Positions 1-8,578 of a stretch of DNA of 64,000 bases are shown here, piece by piece. Position 1 is the first letter of the stretch; each line of letters begins with the position of its first letter. Below the pieces are notes generated by a model. That model did no database searches and was not told where the DNA came from. It was given only the letters and a program-made list of their open reading frames with translations. The translations under genes and the position numbers were made by a program. This DNA comes from Polyangiales bacterium (GTDB taxonomy: Bacteria > Myxococcota_A > Polyangia > Polyangiales > Ga0077539): NCBI GenBank assembly GCA_044229975.1, contig JBGARZ010000020.1:64001-128000 (forward strand). Reading direction: 5' to 3'.

Positions 1-3000
1 CCCTTTCCCGATGCGCTGCACAACCGGGTCTTCTTCTCGACGCTCACCGACCCCGCGGTCCGCGATCTCCTCAAGGGCATCTGGACCGCCCCGATGGCCC
101 TCGACCCTTCGTTGCGCGCCGCGAAGGTCACGCGCGAGGTCGCCGTTCACCTCGCCGAGCTCGCCCGGATGTTCGAGGCGAAGTACAAGCCCGAGGACGT
201 CGCGGGCTTCCTCATGCGGTGCATCTTCACGATGTTCGCCGAGGACGCAGGGATGTTCGGGCTCGACAAGAAGAAGCTCCCACGGAAGCTGTTCACCGAG
301 GCCCTGAGAGATGACTGGCTCGATGATCCGAAGCGCTTCCAGCCCGAGGTGGAGAACCTCTGGCGGGTGATGAACGAGGGCGGGTACTTCGGTATCGCCA
401 AGCTGCTCAAGTTCAACGGCGGGCTCTTCGCCGACGCGCGGGCGCTCCCCATCACCGACCGCAAGGTGCTCGACCGGCTCCTCGAAGCAGCGACCTGTGA
501 CTGGAGCAAGGTCGAGCCCGCCATCTTCGGCACCCTCCTCGAACGCGCCCTCGACCCGAAGGAGCGACACCGGCTCGGCGCGCACTACACCCCGCGCGCC
601 TACGTCGAGCGGCTGGTGCGGCCGACGCTCGAAGCCCCCCTGCGGGCGAAGTGGGAAGCCGTTCGCGCCGAGGCGCTCAAGCGCGTCGACGAGGTGGTGT
701 CCGCGCCGGTTCCGGGCGAGGACGCGGCGGCGACGGCGGCCGGGAAGAAGAAGCGCGCGAAGAAGGTGCTCCCCAACACGGTGCACGGGCGGACGCAGGT
801 CGTGAAGGAGGCGCGGGTGCTGGTGAAGGCGTTTCACCAGGAGCTGTGCAAGGTGCGCGTGCTCGACCCGGCGTGCGGCACCGGGAACTTCCTCTACGTC
901 GCCCTCGACGCGATGAAGCGATTGGAGAGCGAGGTGCTGGCGCTCGATGCGCAGCTCGCGGCGAGCGTGGGCATCCCGGTGGACGCGGCCTTCGAGTGGG
1001 GGGCGACGGTGACGCCCGCGCAGTTTCTCGGCATCGAGAAGAAGCTGTGGGCGAAGGAGATCGCCGAGCTGGTGCTCTGGATCGGCTTCCTCCAGTGGTT
1101 CCAGCGGACGCGGCAGAACGACGACGGCTCGGTGCGCTGGGAGGAGCCCGTGCTGCGCAATCTCCACAACATCGAGTGCAGGGACGCCGTGCTCGCGTGG
1201 GATCAGGAGCTTCCGGTGCTCGACGAGAAGGGCAAGCCGGTCACGCGCTGGGACGGCGAGTCCATGAAGAAGAGCCCGGTGACGGGGGAAGACGTACCCG
1301 ATGAGACGAAGCGGGTGCTGGTGACGAAGCTGGTGAACCCGCGGCGGGCCAAGTGGCCCGAGGCGGACTACGTGGTGGGGAATCCGCCGTTTTTGGGGAA
1401 GCTCCATGTGCTCTCGCAGTTTGGTCTGGGCTACACAACGGGTCTGCGGGAGACGTACGCGGGGGACGTTCCAGACAGCGCAGACTTCGTCATGTATTGG
1501 TGGTTTCGAGCGGGTGAGCTCACGCGAGCCAGTAAGGTCGCCCGCTTTGGATTCATCACAACCAACAGTATTTCGCAGACGTTCAATCGGCGCGTAATTG
1601 AGGCCGCTCTGAATGCCGACCCCTCGCTCTCGATCACGTTCGCGATCCCTGATCACCCCTGGGTCGACACCGTCGACGGCGCGGCAGTGCGGATCGCGAT
1701 GACAGTTGGAGTTAGGGGGAGCGTTACTGGAGCACTCAACCGTGTCGTCGAGGAGACGATGCAAAGCGATGGAAGTGCGACGCCTTCCTTCTCGGTCGAA
1801 CAAGGCGTGATTCACGCCAACCTACGGATAGGCGCCAATGTCACGGTCGCGGCTAGCTTGCAGTCGAACCAAGACATCGCCGGTACCGGCCTGATCCTTG
1901 GCAATCGCGGCTTCGTCCTAGATTCCATAGAGGCGGAAGCCCTACGCTCGACGTCTCCAGAAGCTGATTCGATGATCGCGCCGTTGTGGAATGGCAAGGA
2001 CATCACTGAACGCCCAAGGGGTGCTTTCGTGATCGACACCAACGGATGGAAACAGGATGCGCTTCAGGCGCGGGCACCTGCGGTCTGGCAGCACCTGCGC
2101 AAGACTGTGTACCCAGAGCGCCAGACGAACCGAGATCCGAGAGTCAAAGCGAACTGGTGGCTGTTTCGACGAAGCAATGAACAGATTCGTGGCGCAATCG
2201 CCGGGCTGAGTCGCTACATCGCAACCGTAGAGACGGCAAAGCATCGCGTGTTTGTGTGGATGAAAGGGCACTTCAAGCCCGAGCACAAACTCGTCGTTTT
2301 TGGGAGTGATGACGCATCGGTTCTTGGGATGCTTTCATCTCGCATCCATGTCGTATGGGCACTGTCGACAGGCGGCCATCTCGGGGTAGGCAACGACCCG
2401 GTCTACTCGAAGACCAAGTGCTTCGACCCCTTCCCCTTCCCCGCCGCCACGCCCGATCAGGCCGCGCGCATCCGTGAGCTCGCGGAGTCGCTCGACGCCC
2501 ACCGGAAGGCGCGGCAGGCGGCGCACCCCACGCTGACCATGACGGGCATGTACAACGTGCTCGCGAAGCTCCGCGCGGGCGAGGCGCTCACCCCGAAGGA
2601 CCAGGAGATCCACACCCAGGGTCTCGTGTCCGTGTTGAAGCAGCTCCACGACGACCTCGACGCGGCGGTGTTCGCGGCCTACGGCTGGGACCCGGCGCTG
2701 ACCGACGAGGAGATTCTCGCGAAGGTGGTGGCGCTCAACGCGGAGCGCGCCGAGGAGGAGTCCCGCGGGGTGATCCGCTGGCTGCGTCCCGAGTTCCAGA
2801 ACCCCGGTGGGGCGAAGGCGGCGACGCAGGAGACCATGGACCTCGGCGACGAGCCCGACGAGGGCGCCGCGGTGGCGAGCGCGGTGAAGCCCATCGGGCC
2901 GTGGCCGAAGAAGACGTCGGAGCAGTTTGCGGCGGTGCGCGATCTGCTCGCGACGCGGTCGTCGGCGTGGAGCGCGACGCAGGTGACGGATGCCTTCAAG

Positions 3001-3108
3001 GGGGCGTCCGAAGACGACGTTGCGGAGATGATGGCGACGCTGGTGGTGTCGGGTCAGGCGGTCGCGTTTCAGACGCCAGAGGGAACACGCTGGCAGCGGG
3101 CGGGTTGA
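1..3108 (+). CDS. MmeI-like (type IIL) restriction-modification enzyme / N6-adenine DNA methyltransferase, 5'-truncated by the window edge
   Basis: Frame is open from base 1 (PFPDALHNRV...IWTAPMALDPS). Motif I VLDPACGTGNFL, motif IV VVGNPPFLG, GAHYTP, FNGGLF, and a C-terminal CFDPFPFP / LDAAVFAAYGW segment typical of the MmeI family. Confidence 0.88.
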   Translation, partial: PFPDALHNRVFFSTLTDPAVRDLLKGIWTAPMALDPSLRAAKVTREVAVHLAELARMFEAKYKPEDVAGFLMRCIFTMFAEDAGMFGLDKKKLPRKLFTEALRDDWLDDPKRFQPEVENLWRVMNEGGYFGIAKLLKFNGGLFADARALPITDRKVLDRLLEAATCDWSKVEPAIFGTLLERALDPKERHRLGAHYTPRAYVERLVRPTLEAPLRAKWEAVRAEALKRVDEVVSAPVPGEDAAATAAGKKKRAKKVLPNTVHGRTQVVKEARVLVKAFHQELCKVRVLDPACGTGNFLYVALDAMKRLESEVLALDAQLAASVGIPVDAAFEWGATVTPAQFLGIEKKLWAKEIAELVLWIGFLQWFQRTRQNDDGSVRWEEPVLRNLHNIECRDAVLAWDQELPVLDEKGKPVTRWDGESMKKSPVTGEDVPDETKRVLVTKLVNPRRAKWPEADYVVGNPPFLGKLHVLSQFGLGYTTGLRETYAGDVPDSADFVMYWWFRAGELTRASKVARFGFITTNSISQTFNRRVIEAALNADPSLSITFAIPDHPWVDTVDGAAVRIAMTVGVRGSVTGALNRVVEETMQSDGSATPSFSVEQGVIHANLRIGANVTVAASLQSNQDIAGTGLILGNRGFVLDSIEAEALRSTSPEADSMIAPLWNGKDITERPRGAFVIDTNGWKQDALQARAPAVWQHLRKTVYPERQTNRDPRVKANWWLFRRSNEQIRGAIAGLSRYIATVETAKHRVFVWMKGHFKPEHKLVVFGSDDASVLGMLSSRIHVVWALSTGGHLGVGNDPVYSKTKCFDPFPFPAATPDQAARIRELAESLDAHRKARQAAHPTLTMTGMYNVLAKLRAGEALTPKDQEIHTQGLVSVLKQLHDDLDAAVFAAYGWDPALTDEEILAKVVALNAERAEEESRGVIRWLRPEFQNPGGAKAATQETMDLGDEPDEGAAVASAVKPIGPWPKKTSEQFAAVRDLLATRSSAWSATQVTDAFKGASEDDVAEMMATLVVSGQAVAFQTPEGTRWQRAG

Positions 3109-3139
3109 GCGGGCCGCGAGAGAGCGATAGAGGGACGGC

Positions 3140-4462
3140 GTGTACATCGACAGACTGAAGATCGAGAACGTGCGGGGCTTCGGGGCGGGGCAGGTTGACC
3201 TGTCGTTCGATCGCGGTGGCGGGCAATACGCAGGGTGGACTGTGTTGGCGGGACGCAACGGGGCGGGAAAGACGACGCTCTTGCGGGCTCTCGCGCTTGC
3301 GGTGGTCGGACTCAGGGACGCAGACCGTTTGCAGGAGACCTTCCAGGGATGGATTCACCGGGCTGAGGTGAAGGCGAGTGCCAGTGTTCGTCTGGTTGCG
3401 CCCACTAGCTTCAGCGGCGACGAAGCCGCTTCATCGTTGTCCTACTTCGACGCTTCGATGGGTTGGTTCCTGGCTCACACCAATATCGACCCGGACGCAG
3501 AACCGACGACGATTGCAGAGCAAACAAGCCAGTCACTGCCGCTCGACAAAAGTGGTTGGTTTCTTGTCGGCTACGGTCCCTTCCGACGGCTCTCGGGACA
3601 TTCCGTCGAGGCCCAGCGTGTGATGAGCCACTCTCCGGTTTCGTCCGGCCTCGTCACACTCTTTCGCGACGATGCTTCCCTGTTCGACGGTTTCGCGTGG
3701 TTGCGCTTTCTTCGCCTGCGGCAGGCCGATGGCAAGCCAGGTGCGACCGAGCTACTCACCATCGCGTTCAATCTCCTCAACGATGGTTTGCTGCCTGATT
3801 CGTCCGTTCGCGTGGAGCGTTACGACTCCGACGGGCTGTGGGTGTCAACGCCGCGTGGAGGCGTCCGCCCGGTCGGCGACCTCTCCGACGGCTACCGCGC
3901 CGTTATCGCGCTCGTCCTCGACCTCGTCCGCTCTCTCCACCGATGTTACGGCGCGCTCCCCATGAACGGCACCGCCGTCGACCTCCCCGGCGTGGTGCTC
4001 ATCGATGAAGTCGACGCCCACCTCCATGTCAGTTGGCAACAGCGTATCGGCTTCTGGCTCAAGTCCCACTTCCCGCGCATCCAGTTTCTCGTCACCTCGC
4101 ACAGCCCCTTCGTCTGTCAGGCCGCCGACAAGAACGGCCTCATTCTCCTTCCTGAGCCAGGCACCAACGAGAAGGCCCGCGTCGCTGACGACGAGCTCTA
4201 CTACCGCGCCGTCAACGGGCCCGCCGACGCCGCGCTCCTCAGCGACCTCTTCGGGCTCGACCACACGTGGTCCGACGAGTCCGAGAAGAAGCGCATCAAG
4301 ATGGCCCGCCTCGAAGGCCGCATCCTCCACGCGAAGGCGACCGCCGAAGACCGCGTCGAGTACCAGAAGCTGCGCGAGGAGATCCCTCGCAGCCCATTCG
4401 AGACGGCGGACGTCGATCGCGCGCTCCGCACGGAGGACGTCACTCCGCCGGGAACGAAGTAG
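3140..4462 (+). CDS. ABC/AAA_21-type ATPase (PtuA/Septu-like)
   Basis: N-terminal IENVRGF, Walker A GRNGAGKTT, signature LSDGYR, Walker B LIDEVDAHLH, H-loop TSHSP. Confidence 0.85.
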   Translation: MYIDRLKIENVRGFGAGQVDLSFDRGGGQYAGWTVLAGRNGAGKTTLLRALALAVVGLRDADRLQETFQGWIHRAEVKASASVRLVAPTSFSGDEAASSLSYFDASMGWFLAHTNIDPDAEPTTIAEQTSQSLPLDKSGWFLVGYGPFRRLSGHSVEAQRVMSHSPVSSGLVTLFRDDASLFDGFAWLRFLRLRQADGKPGATELLTIAFNLLNDGLLPDSSVRVERYDSDGLWVSTPRGGVRPVGDLSDGYRAVIALVLDLVRSLHRCYGALPMNGTAVDLPGVVLIDEVDAHLHVSWQQRIGFWLKSHFPRIQFLVTSHSPFVCQAADKNGLILLPEPGTNEKARVADDELYYRAVNGPADAALLSDLFGLDHTWSDESEKKRIKMARLEGRILHAKATAEDRVEYQKLREEIPRSPFETADVDRALRTEDVTPPGTK

Positions 4463-4464
4463 TC

Positions 4465-5304
4465 GTGCGGCACCACCCGCGGAGGCCGCTCCCGGCGAGG
4501 GCGCTGGAGGCGTTGCGGCAGTGGCAGGACGCGCTCGACGTCGAGTGGGCGCGCGAGCTGGCCCGACCAGAGACCGAACGTCGCGCCGCGGGCACGGTCG
4601 CAGACGCGCATTGGAGTTCCCACCGATCGGCGACGGCCTTCGATGTCGTCAGGCTCACCCTCCGCGCCATGGCGTCACCGCGCCTTGGGCGTTGCATGTA
4701 CTGCGAGACCGACCGTGGTTCGCAGGTCGATCACGGGCGGCCGAAGTCCCTGGCTCCGGGCCTCACCTTCGTCTGGCACAATCACATCTGGGCATGCGCG
4801 CTGTGCAACCAGCAGAAAACGACTCGCTACGATCCGGCGATGATCGACCCCACGATCGACGACCCGCTTCGATATCTCGACCTCGTTCCATCAGGGCGGT
4901 GGGATCCAGAAGACGATGACGATGACGAAGGCGGACGCGGCCAGGCGACGCTCGACGCGTTGCCCATGCTCAACCACCCGGATCTCGTAGAGGAACGACT
5001 TCAGGGACGCGCTCGATTGCTCCGTCGTCTCTCGGCGTTGGCCGCTCAGGCGAGCGTCTCGACCGAGGCGCTCGACATGCTGCGAGAGGAGGTCACCAAC
5101 GACCCCTTCTCGGACGTGTTTGCCGCGCTCCTCGACGTCTTGAGGCTACCCAACGCCGCCGAGTTCTACCCGCCTGCGGTGGTGGACTTCGTGCGTGCGC
5201 GCCCCGAGATGAACGACTGGCTCGCAGAGTCCGACGAACGTCGCTGGCGCGCCGCGCAAGGCGCCATCGAGGCCCTCGCGCTGACCATCCGCCTCTCGTC
5301 GTAG
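4465..5304 (+). CDS. HNH endonuclease (PtuB-like)
   Basis: CMYCE...VDHGRPKS...WHNHIWACALCNQQK...IDPTIDDP. GTG start lies 2 nt after the ATPase stop. Confidence 0.8.
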   Translation: MRHHPRRPLPARALEALRQWQDALDVEWARELARPETERRAAGTVADAHWSSHRSATAFDVVRLTLRAMASPRLGRCMYCETDRGSQVDHGRPKSLAPGLTFVWHNHIWACALCNQQKTTRYDPAMIDPTIDDPLRYLDLVPSGRWDPEDDDDDEGGRGQATLDALPMLNHPDLVEERLQGRARLLRRLSALAAQASVSTEALDMLREEVTNDPFSDVFAALLDVLRLPNAAEFYPPAVVDFVRARPEMNDWLAESDERRWRAAQGAIEALALTIRLSS

Positions 5305-5305
5305 T

Positions 5306-5520
5306 GCATCGCCCGGAGAGGGGTACCCCCCTCTTTCACCGACACCTCGCATCGCCCGGAGAGGGGTACCCCCCTCTTTCGCCGACACCTCGCATCGCCC
5401 GGAGAGGGGTACCCCCCTCTTTCACCGACGCCTCGCATCGCCCCGAGAGACCCCCACCCCTCTTTCACCAACACCCCGCATCGTCGTGAGAGATCCCCCC
5501 ACCTCGTCCCACCAAAATGC
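5306..5520. repeat. Tandem array of five 43-bp units with an internal palindrome (GGGGTACCCC), decaying 5' to 3'
   Basis: Unit GCATCGCCCGGAGAGGGGTACCCCCCTCTTTCACCGACACCTC starts at 5306, 5349 and 5392; degenerate units start at 5435 and 5478. Confidence 0.92.
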
Positions 5521-5620
5521 CGATCTGGTGTGGTCGACCCTGCGCTTCCTCCATCGACCAGCCGATAGACGGAAGCAGAGGGCGCCGCCCACGTCGGGAC
5601 GCGCCGGGAGGAGAGAGCCG

Positions 5621-6418
5621 ATGGCCCAGCCGTTCGTTCGTGTCGAGGCGTCCAACTACACCAGTGTTCCGAAGGTCAACGCCCAGAGCGGGGTGGCGCT
5701 CGCCCGCGCGCTGATCGTCGCGCTCCCGAAGGACTCCCCGCCGAGCACGCGCCACGCCGCCCGCCAGATGCGCGCCGTCGCCATCACCCTCCAGCGGTCG
5801 GTCGCCGCCAGCCACGCGGCGGAGCCCTCGGGCGAGAAGCGTACGTCCCGCGCGATCGACAACGAGGCCGACGCGCTGCACTCCACCGTGACGCGCCGCC
5901 TCGAAGACCACGAGCTGCTCGCCGCCCACGAACCGGCGAAGGCGCAGCAGGCCGCGACCCTGAAGAAGGCGCTCTACCCGAAGGGGGACGCTCTCTGGCG
6001 GGGCGACATGATGACGCAGTGGCAGGCGACGGAGGACTGGTTCATCGCGCTCGCGGTGGACGGCCGCGAGGCGGCGCTGCGGTCGCTCGTGGGCGGCGGC
6101 TTCGTCGACGCGATCCGCGCGGTGCACGCGGAGTACGGCGAGGCCATCGGGACGACGAAGCCCCGCGCCCCGACGCCCCCGAAGGTCGACCTCGCCGCGC
6201 CGCTCGCCGCGCTCGCGCAGTCGATGCAAGACCTCGCGCTCCAGCTCGTCGCGCTCGCCAACGACGGCAGCGCCAGCGACGCGCTCCGCTCCGCCGCGCG
6301 CGATGCGCTGCGCCCCATCGACGACCACCGTGAGGGCAACGCCCGCCGCACCGCCGCCCGCGCGCCGGACGACGCGCCGGAGCCGACGCCGGACGAGAAG
6401 CCGCTGCCCGAGGTGTAG
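5621..6418 (+). CDS. Hypothetical alpha-helical protein
   Basis: ATG at 5621 after a GGAGGAG RBS; host-like GC3 codon bias; no recognisable catalytic motif. Confidence 0.75.
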   Translation: MAQPFVRVEASNYTSVPKVNAQSGVALARALIVALPKDSPPSTRHAARQMRAVAITLQRSVAASHAAEPSGEKRTSRAIDNEADALHSTVTRRLEDHELLAAHEPAKAQQAATLKKALYPKGDALWRGDMMTQWQATEDWFIALAVDGREAALRSLVGGGFVDAIRAVHAEYGEAIGTTKPRAPTPPKVDLAAPLAALAQSMQDLALQLVALANDGSASDALRSAARDALRPIDDHREGNARRTAARAPDDAPEPTPDEKPLPEV

Positions 6419-6463
6419 CGCCGGGCGGTGGGCGATCGACGATGGCCTGGCAGTCATCGGGGG

Positions 6464-6996
6464 CCACGCCGCGGCGTCAGCGCGGCGCGCACTGGTCAGG
6501 CCAGCAGCGGGCGGGCCCACGCCGCGGCGTCAGCGCGGCGCGCACTGGTCAGGCCAGCAGCGGGCGGGCCCACGCCGCGGCGTCAGCGCGGCGCGCACTG
6601 GTCACGCCCGCAGTCACCGCTGCCACGCCGCGGCGTCAGCGCGGCGCGCACTGGTCACGTCCACAGTCACCGCTGCCACGCCGCGGCGTCAGCGCGGCGC
6701 GCACTGGTCACGCCCGCAGTCACCGGGGGCCACGCCGCGGCGTCAGCGCGGCGCGCGACGGTCACGTCCACAGTCACCGCTGCCACGCCGCGGCGTCAGC
6801 GCGGCGCGCGACGGTCACGTCCACAGTCACCGCTGCCACGCCGCGGCGTCAGCGCGGCGCGCGACAGTCAGGCCCGCAGTCACCGCTGCCACGCCGCGGC
6901 GTCAGCGCGGCGCGCGACAGTCAGGCCCGCAGTCACCGCTGCCACGCCGCGGCGTCAGCGCGGCGCGCGACGGTCAGGCCCACTGTCACCGGGGCC
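6464..6996. repeat. Left REP-like array: 10 units, ~53-bp period
   Basis: Core CACGCCGCGGCGTCAGCGCGGCGCGC at 6465, 6518, 6571, 6624, 6677, 6731, 6784, 6837, 6890 and 6943, with ~27-nt variable spacers. Confidence 0.95.
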
Positions 6997-7477
6997 GATC
7001 GTCGTGGTGTTCGTCGCACACGTAGTCGACTGCACCGCGCACGTCTGACTCGGAGCGCAGGTGTTGCTTGTTGCCATCCCGCGACCACACATCGCGCTCG
7101 CACAGCTCCGGCGCGTTGTTCCGAAGGTGGCGCGTCGCCCAGGCCTTGAGATCGCCGAGAACCTTCTCGGCGCTGGCGGGCGCTGCGACCACCACATGAA
7201 CGTGCTCCCGTTGAACACGCAGAGCATGGAGCGTCCAACCTCGGTGCGAACAGGTCTCCCGCACGGCAGACTCCACGATGTGGCGTTGGAGCGGCGTTAG
7301 CTGAAGCGCGGGGAATCGCATGCGTTCGCGGCAGCGGGCCAGGATGACGGGGTCATGTCCGTGTTGCCCGACGCCGCGTTCGGTCCAGCCGCGTTCGTCG
7401 CCCTGCAGCCAGGTGCCGTAGGTGCGCCAGGAGATGAAGTAACCGACGGGATGGAGGGAGTGACGGTTCGAGCTCAT
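6986..7477 (-). mobile_element. RAYT-like / IS200-family Y1 HUH transposase-nuclease (REP-associated)
   Basis: 163 aa; YFISWRTYGTW at the N-terminus, HUH motif HVHVVV, LKAW, W-x-R-x-G and catalytic-helix AVDYV; flanked by REP arrays. Confidence 0.85.
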
Positions 7478-7541
7478 GGTCGCTCATCGGTTCGTGGCGG
7501 CCGTGGTTGCGTGCTCCGACACTTTTTGTCGCTATTGGCGG

Positions 7542-8490
7542 CTGCGAACGTGAGCGTTGCGCGCCGCGCTGACGCCGCGGCGTAGGCGCCGATGACTGCG
7601 GAAGTGAGCATTGCGCGCCGCGCTGACGCCGCGGCGTAGGCGCCGATGACTGCGGAAGTGAGCATTGCGCGCCGCGCTGACGCCGCGGCGTAGCAGCGGT
7701 GACTGCGGACGTAGCCGCTGCGCGCCGCGCTGACGCCGCGGCGTAGGCCCGCCTGCTGCGGACGTGACCGTTGCGCGCCACGCTGACGCTGTGGCGTAGC
7801 AGCGGTGACTGCGGACGTAGGCGCTGCGCGCCGCGCTGACGCCGCGGCGTGGGCCCGCCTGCTGCGGACGTAGCCGCTGCGCGCCGCACTGACGCCGCGG
7901 CGTAGCGCCGGTGACTGCGGGCGTGAGCGTTGCGCGCCACGCTGACGCTGTGGCGTAGCAGCGGTGACTGCGGACGTGAGCGTTGCGCGCCGCGCTGACG
8001 CCGCGGCGTGGGCCCGCCTGCTGCGGACGTGAGCGTTGCGCGCCGCGCTCACGCCGCGGCGTGGGCCCGCCTGCTGCGGACGTGAGCGTTGCGCGCCGCG
8101 CTGACGCCGCGGCGTAGGCCCGCCTGCTACGGACGTAGCCGCTGCGCGCCGCGCTGACGCCGCGGCGTGGGCCCGCCTGCTGCGGACGTGACCGTTGCGC
8201 GCCGCGCTGACGCTGTGGCGTAGCACCGGTGACTGCTGGCCTGACCAGTGCGCGCCGCGCTGACGCCGCGGCGTGGGCCCCGGTGACTGCTGGCCTGACC
8301 AGTGCGCGCCGCGCTGACGCCGCGGCGTAGGCCCGCCTGCTACGGACGTAGCCGCTGCGCGCCGCGCTGACGCCGCGGCGTAGGCCCGCCTGCTGCTGGC
8401 CTGACCGTTGCGCGTCGCGCTGACGCCGCGGCGTGGGCCCGCCTGCTGCGGACGTAGCCGCTGCGCGCCGCGCTGACGCCGCGGCGTGGC
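7542..8490. repeat. Right REP-like array: 18 units, ~53-bp period, inverted relative to the left array
   Basis: Core GCGCGCCGCGCTGACGCCGCGGCGTRG at 7559, 7613, 7667, 7720, 7773, 7826, 7879, 7932, 7985, 8038, 8091, 8144, 8197, 8250, 8304, 8357, 8410 and 8463. Confidence 0.95.
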
Positions 8491-8578
8491 CCTGGGGACC
8501 GGTGCGGCCTCGCTCCCACCAGGTGGGCCATTTCGCGGCACTCCGCGGTCGCCGATCGGGGCCGCGCGATGTGGCAGC

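Noticed and set aside
5306..5520. Mini-CRISPR or IS end for the 43-bp repeats
   Set aside because: Units are contiguous with no unique spacers, and no matching terminal repeat or adjacent DDE transposase was found.
3109..5620. Retron (type I-A) associated with the PtuAB-like pair
   Set aside because: No reverse transcriptase (YADD-type) ORF and no msr/msd-like region in the window; sequence upstream of base 1 cannot be seen.
6464..8490. CRISPR array call for the 53-bp repeat-spacer arrays
   Set aside because: Spacers are related to each other and reused, no cas genes or AT-rich leader are visible, and the arrays are inverted around a Y1 transposase, which fits REP/RAYT biology.
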